Source of the DNA: Welwitschia mirabilis
Taxonomy: Eukaryota
Direction of reading: 5' to 3'
DNA length: 44,405 nucleotides
Assembly: GCA_051453625.1 (NCBI GenBank)
Contig: JBOZIK010000001.1
Span: 6,318,686-6,363,090, forward strand
Positions 1-10,705 of the stretch are shown piece after piece. A program made the position numbers and the translations under genes. The notes beneath the pieces are model-generated. The model saw only the letters and a list, made by a program, of their open reading frames with translations. It was not told the DNA's origin and made no database searches. The first letter of the stretch is position 1. The number at the start of each line of letters is the position of its first letter.

Positions 1-586
1 AAGGGAACACAAGTCATGTACTACTAATGCACCCTTTTCTTACTTTGCGTTGCACATCTCACACAAGCTTCTTCACCTTGAAGCTACATCCATGCCTTTC
101 ACATAGCCATCTCAAAGTTTCCAACTCCTTTACATTTTAAAAATAAACAAATTCGAAAGGGGAATAGCAACGTGCCTTCTTTACATTCCAGGCCACCTAT
201 AATGCACTTTTGAATAGGGTTTACAAAAGATGGGATTTAAAACACTTTGTTGGCATAAAAATAACTTTACCTCACCCCCTTGACAACAAAGGATGGCTAT
301 AAACTTACATTTTAAAAGACATTTCTAATGTGAAAAGGCAAGCTATCTTCAAATTTTCAAGGCTTCCATAGTTTCCTTGTTGTCTTCAGGAGAAGGCGCC
401 AAAACAATAGTCAATGGATTGGATGCACACCACTAGTCAACATTGACATCCAATGTTTGAATGAATTGACATGTAAACCATTAAACCAGCTCTTATGGAA
501 TCGTGCCTGGTTGGATCATCCTGCGGATGAAACTCCATCTTTCATTAAAAGAACATTTATGTATTTTTGTGAAAGCTCGACAATAC

Positions 587-1120
587 TGGATGCCATCTTT
601 TAGTTGTTGGGCCTTTTGTTGTGTTACCTTTGTGTCTTCACTTGCCTTCTCAGAGGCGCCTTCCTTTACTTGGTGCGCTTTCTGTTGTGTGCCCTCCTTC
701 ACTTGTTGTGTCTTCTGCTACGCAGACTCTATGGCTTCATGTGCCTTCTCAGAAGCACCTTCCTTTACTTGTCCGGCTCTCTATTATTTGCCCTTCTTCA
801 TTTCTTACCCCTTTTGCTGTGCAACATTGGTGGCTTCACGTGTCTTCGTAGAAGTCCCTTCCTTCAAATCAAAAGCCCTGTTAAAAGCAGTCTGTGTAGA
901 TTTCTCAGTAGACTCCTTGGCGTCGGTGCCTGCCTTGCTTGTCTTCTCTCTTCTGGCCTCTTTGTACTGTAACAACCTCTCCAAAGCAACATCCTTAGCA
1001 TCAGCGACGTTCTCGGAGGCAAGAACCTTGGTAGCAGTAGCCTTATCCTTGGTGAAATGATAGGTTGCAGAGGCACCCTTATGAGCCTGCTTTGCCACAG
1101 CTCTGTTGGAGTCACGATCT
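587..1120 (-). pseudogene. Group 3 LEA (LEA_4-type, 11-mer repeat) protein, disabled by four in-frame stops
   Basis: ORFs 805-1098 and 493-702 share one frame. Read through, it gives 11-mers TSTKTREATNV/AQQKG*EMKKG/K**RAGQVKEG/ASEKAHEAIES/A*QKTQQVKEG/TQQKAHQVKEG/ASEKASEDTKV/TQQKAQQLKDG, rich in A/K/E/Q/T. Stops: 805-807 TAA, 784-786 TAA, 781-783 TAG, 718-720 TAG. No clear ATG; both boundaries are approximate. Confidence 0.8.
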
Positions 1121-1642
1121 TTTCAAGATTAAGCGAAACACAAATTTTCCAAGCATTTTCCCAAGGCTAACTCATGCCACACGTACATCACTGGCAATCA
1201 ATGAAAAACCTAATCTGAAGTTGTGATGGCTTCAGAGATCTGCAACAAAGAAGCTTCAAAAGGTCATCCTGGTTGCACTTGAAACATTGTGCTAGGGTTT
1301 GAAGAATTGGGATCGAGAGAATCCACAGCAGAAGGTGAAATAACAACCAATTACGAATCAAATGTGGAGAAACTAAAAAGGAACCTCCTTGGGACCTCTT
1401 ACTTTTCTCAAATTCATCGAAGATTCAAACTCCTTCGGGTGCAAATGTCTCTGTCCATTAAGTAACCCAAAAATTATAAAAAAAAAAAAAGCATCACTAT
1501 GCTTCGGCAATTTGGTTAAGGGTTTCTTCAACTGCAAATATCCAAGTGAACTCCTCTCCTACAGATCTGATTTTACAAGAAACGTAGAGCCTAAGTTATA
1601 AGATTAGAAGGGAACACTTGTAAGCATGAATCCCTTCAACCT

Positions 1643-1985
1643 GCTCTGATACCATATGATGGGTTTGAAATCCCATGAACGCAAATAGAAATGGATGGAA
1701 ACCCACAACAAAACAAAAAGAAGTTTTGGGAAGTAAACATCTTGCACAAAACAAAGAAACAAAACTAATTTGTCAAACATGGAGGCCCCAACCCACAGCC
1801 ATGTAGGGGACAACGATTGTGCACATTTTTCATTAGCTTCAATTATAATTTATACATGATGCAAGTAACAATATTCCCCACAATTCACTCACTTAAATCC
1901 TCATTTGATGAATCAATTGTCATCATCCTTCTAACGTTGGGTCTTTGACTTGACCACCGACTAAAGTGGGAATTTTTACATCCTC
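1643..1985 (-). mobile_element. tRNA-iMet primer-binding site and adjoining LTR end of an LTR retrotransposon remnant
   Basis: GCTCTGATACCA at 1643-1654 is the reverse complement of the canonical PBS TGGTATCAGAGC. On the minus strand it follows ...CATCA-TA, i.e. an LTR CA end at 1657-1658. The far LTR boundary is lost in gaps. Confidence 0.65.
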
Positions 1986-2668
1986 NNNNNNNNNNNNNNN
2001 NNNNNNNNNNNNNNNNNNNNNNNNNNNNNNNNNNNNNNNNNNNNNNNNNNNNNNNNNNNNNNNNNNNNNNNNNNNNNNNNNNNNNNNNNNNNNNNNNNNN
2101 NNNNNNNNNNNNNNNNNNNNNNNNNNNNNNNNNNNNNNNNNNNNNNNNNNNNNNNNNNNNNNNNNNNNNNNNNNNNNNNNNNNNNNNNNNNNNNNNNNNN
2201 NNNNNNNNNNNNNNNNNNNNNNNNNNNNNNNNNNNNNNNNNNNNNNNNNNNNNNNNNNNNNNNNNNNNNNNNNNNNNNNNNNNNNNNNNNNNNNNNNNNN
2301 NNNNNNNNNNNNNNNNNNNNNNNNNNNNNNNNNNNNNNNNNNNNNNNNNNNNNNNNNNNNNNNNNNNNNNNNNNNNNNNNNNNNNNNNNNNNNNNNNNNN
2401 NNNNNNNNNNNNNNNNNNNNNNNNNNNNNNNNNNNNNNNNNNNNNNNNNNNNNNNNNNNNNNNNNNNNNNNNNNNNNNNNNNNNNNNNNNNNNNNNNNNN
2501 NNTGCGCACATTTTTCATTAGCTTCAATTATAATTTATACATGATGCAAGTAACAATATTCCCCACAATTCACTCGCTTAAATCCTCGTTTGATGAATAC
2601 ATTGTCATCATCCTTCTAACGTTGGGTCTTTGACTTGACCACCGACTAAAGTGGGAATTTTTACATCC

Positions 2669-2694
2669 TCTCTCTCTCTCAAGTGGGAATTTTT

Positions 2695-2749
<55 letters not shown>

Positions 2750-2854
2750 GTCTCNNNNNNNNNNNNNNNNNNNNNNNNNNNNNNNNNNNNNNNNNNNNNN
2801 NNNNNNNNNNNNNNNNNNNNNNNNNNNNNNNNNNNNNNNNNNNNNNNNNNNNNN

Positions 2855-2900
<46 letters not shown>
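2669..2900. repeat. (CT)n microsatellite spanning a gap, preceded by a ~30-bp tandem duplication (AAGTGGGAATTTTTACATCCTC...)
   Basis: Directly visible. Confidence 0.95.
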
Positions 2901-2902
<2 letters not shown>

Positions 2903-3334
2903 CTTGTTTTTGCCCGTCTAGCCTAAATTTTATATCGATATTAAAATATTAGCTTTACCCATGCCAAATTATCCCAACAAAAATATTTGATAAATTGGAA
3001 AATAAGTCCAAAGTTATTGAATGTTTGATAATCTTAGCTTGAATAAGGCATATAGTATTGCAAAAATGATGATCTAATCATGCCTTTCTACATCAATAGG
3101 ATAATATAACGCTACCAACGAAATCCTTATAGTTAGCATACATTGACATCCTCGGTCCTAAGGTTGCTAATGCAGTAAAAAAAAAATGTTTATTGGGCTA
3201 TGGTGGAAAGTGAATATTGAAGTAACGCACTGTCTTCAGCTACTCAAACACATATTGGAAAAACCAGTAAAAATGTAAGATGAAGGTAAAACAAGGTCTA
3301 TTGCCTACACCAATATCAAGCTTTGTATTGATAT

Positions 3335-4140
3335 TGTCTGTAAATTATCAATCTTACCAATAGGAAACACAAATAAGTGGCACACAAGAATTTGCATGGT
3401 TTGGCATCTCTCTCACCTAGATCCAACAAGAAAGTAGTGCTAAGCTTGTATTTTTTTCAACCAACACAAAATAGAATCACAAAGCAAGAATGGCCTTTGT
3501 GAGAGAATAAAACCCTATTTCCCTTCTATAGAGAGAACAAGGGAAATCCTAAAAACAAAGAAATTCCAATGTACTTTAAATTGACCTCATTGAAGAAACA
3601 TATCGCAAAACATGCTTTGTGTGATTTTGAATCCTAACCACAAAACAGAACATAAAGATCAAGTTAATAGCGCAAGAGTGTGATTAAACATAGATCTGGC
3701 TTCACATCCAACAAATTGCACCAATACTCTTGATGACCCACCTTTCAACAGAAGGTAGTCTTCAACTCAGTTATGCTCCATGTAGTGCTTTTGACACCCT
3801 AGAACATGAATAACCGATGGCATCAACTCTTTTATTAAGTTCACATGCTACTTTGTCACACTTTTCTATCCACAACACGCCAACACTTTTTGGTTACTTA
3901 ACCAACACCACCTACACAAGGGATACCTCCATCATGAGCCTTGATCAAATATTTCTCTGCCACCTCCTTCCATAGTTATGCTTTCCAACTTAGAACCTTA
4001 TTGGGTCCAAAATAAAATGTGTGAAGAGAGAAGACATGAGTTCTCTCAGACATTTTAGAGCCTTCTCCACACTTATTTGAGTAAATCTAGAGCTTTCTTC
4101 ATATCAAGAAGCTTCTGAAGTCCACTAACCAAATATGTGA
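3335..4140 (-). mobile_element. Internally deleted Ty1/Copia remnant: 3' LTR (~3335-3713), PPT-like tract and degraded pol scraps
   Basis: Minus strand reads GGTGCAATT|TGTTGG at 3722-3708, like a Copia PPT/LTR junction. AAGAATTTGCATGGTTTGGCA (~3386-3406) resembles a motif common in Copia LTRs. LWKEVAEKYLIKAHDGGIP (ending ~3919) resembles integrase FWAEAV..YLINR...DGGIP. VSKALHGA*LS resembles the RNase H C-terminus. Confidence 0.55.
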
Positions 4141-5426
4141 AGAGATAAAATGTGCATATGAAACAAGGTCTCTAAAACCTTTCAATGTTTTTTGTCAAAC
4201 TTCCTACAGAAAATATAGAAGCTTAAGTGTCACACTTGTGTCATGAAGTAAAATGAACAACCATCCGAGGGATAGATGCTCCAATCAAGTATGAAGGAAA
4301 TGCATGACCAATACAACATGATGACGCCCACGTTCATGATTGTATCTTAGTATGTCAAACATCACATTCTATCACGCAAACTGCAAATATATTGTTATGA
4401 ATGAAATATTTCTATGTTAACTAAAACAGTTTCAAGCCTTGCAGCTCAAGTCTGTAGCTGTCTTGCGCTACCTTGCGTTTTTCTAATTTTTCTATGCATG
4501 TGTTCAACTATGAATGAAAGTAGCTGACAACGTATTTGGAGGGTAAAAAAAGAAAACACTTTAATCTAGAGTAATTCAGATATTTTCTCAAATTGTCCTT
4601 TGTGAACAACTTATATTTTTTTAGGTTAATCCAAATTCACAAGCTTTTTCAATGAGTTAGACCTATTCAAGCTACAGATAACAAAGTTGTTTAAGCTTTA
4701 CAAGAGAAAGGGGGACGTCAACCATGAAACAATGAACATACAAGTAAAAGTTCAAGACCACAAACAGATAGATCTATGATATACCAAGATTCCTGCACCT
4801 GTTTTCGAAGGATTAAATTTTCACTTTGTGACATGCAGCTTTCTATTTTGGCACATTAAATAGTCAAAAAGATGGAGGTTTTCTAGTGATATTGCATGTA
4901 TTGTCTCAAGACTTAGTCGAATTCTTGTTGCATCAGCACCTTGGGAAGGAAGGTTGTGATTGATCAAGTATTTCAATGGACTACTAAGAAGATCAACATG
5001 GAAATAAATAAGACCTGCTATTATTTGTGAAACATATTACATATACAAGAAATAATAACCCATTCAAAATGCAAACCATTAAAGATTCACAAAGTCTTGA
5101 TTCTCACTTACATGATCTCAAAGGGCATCAGAAACTTCACCTTGCTATTTATACTCTATAATTCTGGTGTTTATATTTACCCTCTTGCACTTTACACCAT
5201 GTTAAACTTCTCAACAATACATTAGTCAGTTTCTTTAAAGACAAATTGGATTTTAACAAAAGCAGTGTCATCTCTATTATTAGATGTTTCTGATCCATAT
5301 ATATTTTTTACATAAAGAACATTGAGTTACTTTCAAATGGTGCATTTTTACATTTGTCGTATACTAGTGGTGAAGTTAGCGATGTTGTAAACATAAGCAT
5401 TGTAAACAGCATGAACATGATCCAAC

Positions 5427-6911
5427 CTGATATATTTTGTTTGCCTATCTTTTCCTTGATAAGATTAACCAATGTGCGTTGAAGAACTGCACCGACAGCA
5501 TAGAATTGAGCCAAAAGCTTTTCATCCTCCTCATCAATATCCTGGATTTATCATATCACCACAGAATTTTAGGATATGCCATAATAAACACATATAGCAT
5601 ACTTTGCATATTAATCATGTTAGCCTAGGAAATTCTGTAGGTGGACCACATACATCTGACATGGCCAAAAGGTATAAATGCAATGGGATATTATTAAGAA
5701 GTATTCTATTCTGGTAAAATAAATAAGCAGCCTTACAACAACGATGTCACTTTCAGCATGGCTTATAGTTTCAACAAGCTCATCAACATCATCTTCGTCG
5801 CTGTCTGAATATACTTTGTTTATAGCTGCATCAAACACCTTTCTTGTTGAGGCTAAACCATCCTCATCATCCCTTCAAAATAACTACAATGTTAAAAAGA
5901 CATAAAGAAACACAAAATTGTGAAATTATATTAAAGAACAATATCAATTTAATACCTTTCTTCTTGCATTTCCTTATTGTTGTTTGCAAGCCTCCTTTAT
6001 AATCTTGTTCGTCAAAGACTCATCCACAAACTGTGATCAAACCACAATTAAAACTAAATTAAATTAAATTAAACAAACCCATGGTGGTCAACATAAAAAA
6101 ATACCAATGTTACATACAAGTATTTGTAATCTCCATTAGGGATAAATTCTCTGATGCAAAAGTGCTAGAATCTAAGCTATAATTGTGAGCCTAATATTGG
6201 GTTAGAAGTTGTATAATGTCATGTGACTTTAGAATGTTACATTGACACCTTATATTGTATATTGTAATTTTTATATGTCTAACATGGTTCAAGTTTCTCT
6301 AAAACATTCTGCAGAAATATAGTATGAATAAGATTATACACATGTAATATTCCAGCATCCATCAAACAAAATGCTAACATCTTTATGAATGTTCACAGTA
6401 TCTAATCCAAGTTTCCAAGATTTGATTCCAGACATATGAAGAACAGATGTCAACAATTATAGATAATCATGTTTTGCAATCTTTCAAGTTCTAAACAATG
6501 TATAGGCTTTTGAAACGCACAACAATACTACAGGAAGACTACACAAAAGAGAGAGGAATGCAAGAAAGATAACCTTTCCTTCTTTAATGCAAGAAACCTC
6601 CATAAAATCAATGTTTTGGAATAATTTTGGTTAATGCCAAAGCATGTATAAGAAACATGGTTCAAACCTCCAATATCTAAAAATCATTCCACGAGACACT
6701 TAAAATTCAAAAACAATATGGATAGTAATACCTTGTCATTTTGTTGTTGCCGCTTTGTAGCTTTTCCATGCCTTTTCTTGCTAGATTTATCAAATTGTGA
6801 ATCCAATTCCTACTCAAGTGTAAATTGGTGTTTGTCTGAGCTTTCCATGTGCTTTCTCTTTTTCTTATTTGAGCCTGAATCATGTTTAACTGATGTGTCC
6901 TTCGGAGCCAT
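5427..6911 (-). pseudogene. BYSL: Bystin/ENP1 (pre-40S biogenesis factor) N-terminal fragment; coding exons 6911-6732, 6030-5956, 5872-5737, 5541-5427
   Basis: GT-AG spliced translation: MAPKDTS...KKRHGKATKRQQQNDK|FVDESLTNKIIKEACKQQ(fs)KEMQEE|RDDEDG...DSDEDDVDELVE...|DIDEEDEKLLAQFYAVGAVLQRTLVNLIKEKI. This matches the recalled bystin N-terminus (KIMKQALAQQKE...EINEDDEKLFESF...QRTLTDII). It has a TAG at 6810-6812 and a +1 frameshift/TAA near 5975. No exon for the conserved core was found downstream. Confidence 0.8.
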
Positions 6912-7844
6912 TGCTTAGAAACCTTCTGAAACATCACAAACATGACATAAATATCTGTACTAAGAATAATGATTTCACTAAATATCTAGCTTTCAAAATG
7001 ATAGCATTAGAAAGAAGATAAAAATGGATGTTGAAAGTGTAAGGGTTGAAAAAAATGGGAAACTAAAATTGACTAGACAAAGTTAAAACGATAGAACTAA
7101 CACAGATACACTTATTACTGTATCTGATGGAACACTATGGAAAATAGCACAAAATTTCTACAGTCCATTTCCGAGCTCTAGTAGGTAGCTTCATTAAAAA
7201 GTTAGAAGAAAATAAGTTTCTCTTGAACTGTTTTCCAATTCATAATAGAAGAACATCGGGGCAAAACTAAAAGCTGGATAAATAGCTTTAAGAACATAAA
7301 ATTGCAAAATCAAATAAACCATAAATCATTAAAAAATTCTACTAAACAAAATACTATTAAGCATTTGATTCGCTTGTACACATAAAAGGTACGTTTCATG
7401 CTAATTAAGTACGACTGTCATATCACTATGAAACAGTTAAGTTTGCATGACATAAAGCAGAACAATGAACATAACCTTGGAGGTTTCCATGTGAGCATTC
7501 GGAAGCAAAAGGAAATAGTGCTTACATTTAAATTTCGGGTGACGAGAGACATGACTAAACAAATTGAAAACTGCATATAACCCTCTAGCCTACTACCCAA
7601 ACATCCTTTTGCAGCCTCGGGTTTAGCAACATATCAATAGAGCAGAAGTGATCCAATATCTTACAAAACGCCATTAACATTGTTGGATTACCGATATTCT
7701 CAATATTGTAAATGCTCACAGCATCGTTTTTATTAAAGAGAAAGACAAAAAAGATTCTTCACAAGTTATAGGAGAAATTGTAGAACGCAGAAAGGAACAA
7801 CAGCGGAGTGAAAATTAGGAAAGAAGCGAGTTGTAAGACCTTAC

Positions 7845-8250
7845 CTGCTCTGAAAAAGATTCAGAAAAGGCAGCAATGATATACACTCTGATGAGGCAAA
7901 TCGGAGACTTTCAGCGACTCCCTTGTGCGTGAACTGAGTGAAGAGCTTACAAGTAAGCGAGTACTTGTGACCGAATTGACTCAATAGCCTGTAGGAACAC
8001 TCAGCGAAGCTTGAACGTACCTTATACCGCAAATACCCCAAGTACTGTATTGGAATGTAGCTTTCCTAGCGTCGTGAGTCGCAGCAGCAACGCAACGGCC
8101 AACCCTTAGACTCTGATCGTAGCGCTCTTGAGGGTTGCAGCCACATTTAATATTCTTTTTTTTCAATGACTTTTTTTTGGCACTCAGCAGTCTACGCGCC
8201 CAACATAGGTTTTTTATAACTTTTTTGGCGCTCCGCAGTCTACGTACCCT
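7845..8250 (-). promoter_or_regulatory. CpG-retaining putative promoter and 5'-UTR exon(s) of the bystin-like locus
   Basis: Strong donors CAG|GTAAGG (exon end 7845) and AAG|GTACGT (exon end 8021). An acceptor TTTCAG at 6926 lies 14 nt upstream of the ATG. CG dinucleotides are frequent here but rare in the flanks. Confidence 0.5.
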
Positions 8251-9312
8251 CTAACGAGGTTATTAATTGTAATTTTCATTAAATTATGTTTTTAGAAATA
8301 TAATTGTTATATTTTAAAGAGATATAGTTGTTAAAAGTTTTAATTCTTATATTTTTTTCTATTTTTATAAAAACTCTTTATTTTTAAAATAAATAATAAT
8401 TATAATGTATTTAGGCTTTGGGGGATGTTTACTCTTTAAGGTATTTTTCTTAATAAGTTATAGGTTTAAAACATATCAAAAAGGATTTATATTCTATTGA
8501 AAACATATATCAACATAAATCTGCTTAAAACTTTGGTAACATATGTTTAATATAGATTTATTTATTATGTATAATCTAAAGTTTAGAGATTATAACTTTA
8601 GAAAAAGAGTATTTTTTTTGCATTAATTTGTACCTTTTTGTCATATGATTTCAAAGGTGTACTCCTATTTGTGTTTTTTTTGCTTTGATGCTCTCAACTA
8701 GTTATTGCCAACCATATGGATGTAAAGAATTTTAATGTTCCTTCGCAAGAAAGGGATTACACTTGTCATGAATTGAACCTCGCTTCATCTTCATTGATTG
8801 TGACAAACAATAACCCATACTCTACGTCTGTGTAGCATGACTTCAAAGGAATTGCATCATCGGATTCTAGAAGTGAAGAGATAGTTATCTTTGTTGATAT
8901 TTCTCTTTCTCAAAATGTTCTTAAGGAATATGTTCCTAAATATTCTGTGTTATATTTTTTTAAAATATATTGAATATCTACTACAAACTTCATCATTTTT
9001 CTCAGAAATCCAAATTGCATTTTCTAGCCATGACCTCCTTTTAAAGAATGCACGATAGTGTGCTTAGAATTTTTTCGTTATTGAACTATTTGATAAATTT
9101 GCTATTGAAAAAGCTTTGAATCTACATGTTTTACATTAACTTCATGCTATTATGATTGTTTGCCTAGCAGGAATTTAACATTATAGTTATTACTAAAAAG
9201 TTTAATCAGGTTCCCTACTTTATGAATTACACAATTTACCTCTAATTTTCACAAAAGTCAAGCATGAGATCATTGGCCTCTTGGTGAATCCTATAGACAA
9301 GTACTCTTTTTC

Positions 9313-9334
9313 CTCTCTCTCTCTCTCTCTCTCT
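9313..9334. repeat. (CT)n microsatellite inside LINE ORF1
   Basis: Directly visible. Confidence 0.95.
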
Positions 9335-10705
9335 TTGTTTTTTTGAATGGATTAAGTAGTACGTATCTAGTGGAAAGTAATATCACGATTCCTAAAAAAG
9401 TTCTTTGCTTGAAATCAAAATGTGAATTTTTTAACCAATCAGTTATTTACTATAGTTTGTCCAACTCCTATCATTTTTGCCATTAAGGAGGACATATATC
9501 CCTAAATTATCTTGCTCTTAAAAGTAAACAACAAAGTAAAGCTTGAAAATGAAAGGAACTTGAAATAATTGTTTCATGATCTTTGTTTTTAGCTCTTCTT
9601 CCTTTGATAAGTAGTAGCTTATATCCTCATGATATTGTCTTTGAAGGGTCTAAATAATTAACAACCACCCAAAGATGATAGTTAAGCATCCTAAAGCATT
9701 GCAATTCTAAGTGGATCAAGATGGTTTTATAAGATTTCAAAATAACACAAGAAGACCTTTGAGTTTTCCTGTGGATAATTAGAATGTACATCTCAATCAC
9801 TTTAACCATGTAATAAGCCATCCTTCGGGCTACAGGCTCAAAGGATGCATTTGTAGTTATTTCACATTCAATGAAAGATAATGAAACAAATATTATTATG
9901 AATCTCTCCTAACCTTCAAATGATAATAACACACAATAATTGTCATTAATATTGTTTCATGGAATGTGTGGGGTCTCATGGATAAACTTCATAAGAAAGT
10001 CTGTTACTATGGCACTTTTAGTTTTATGCTAGAATTATCACACCTTTTTTTTAATACTTTTTTTTTATTTTTATCTTAAGAAGTTAAAATCTCTAATGTT
10101 ACTATGGGGAGTTCTTTTGTTACTATAAGTTAACTTGATGGACTTGGAGGCTATTCCATCATTTTTTGGCATAGCTAAAAATTGCACATTTAGAATGTTA
10201 GCTTAGACTCTTAGCATAGAGTCATTTGGATGGTTTTTAAATATTCCTTTGATTTATTTAAAATACATTCTATATACGGTCCTCATTACTCTAGTAAGAA
10301 AGATCAGTTATGGTTCAAACTCTCAACTTTCTTTTACAAGTTTCTTAGAATTGTTATGAAGTTTTAATAATATCAAATAACCTTCAAAGAAAGTTTAAGG
10401 AATTTTCCATCCTATTAGTGATCCTAATTTCAGTAGCTAGCCATCTTTTCAAGAATAATTTTATTTAATAGGCTATATTTATCACATTAATTACTCCTTC
10501 AAGTTAACATATACTTGGAGTAATCATCGATCTTGATTTAAAACTATTTATAAGTATCTTGATTGCTTTGATTATTCTTCAATTTTATTTTAGAGGATTA
10601 TTCATTACACTGAGATCCATCAATTTGTCATTTTGATTTTTCTTACAATAATGCTAAAAACAAGAAACATCTTTTTTGCTTAAGTTTATGTTTTTTAGTG
10701 GATCT

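Noticed and set aside
160..580. Possible LINE 3' remnant (LTTKDGYKL, PLNQLLWNRAW)
   Set aside because: Similarity is too weak and the motif order is unconvincing.
503..1060. Plus-strand ORFs of 185 and 122 aa
   Set aside because: Cys/Phe/Leu-rich antisense shadows of the LEA repeat.
587..1120. Alternative genetic code (TAA/TAG = Gln) explaining the LEA stops
   Set aside because: The intact 335-aa kinase has no in-frame TAR and ends at TAA where the domain is expected to end. The bystin copy also needs a frameshift.
1176..1185. ABRE-like TACGTGTGGC near the LEA
   Set aside because: A single imperfect motif that overlaps a plausible splice donor; the LEA start is unknown.
7884..7941. C/D snoRNA-like (TGATGA...CTGA with CAC/GTG ends) or hammerhead-like CTGATGAG
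   Set aside because: Only ~50 nt, no purine before box C, no recognisable rRNA guide, antisense to the host gene, and no GAAA for a hammerhead core.
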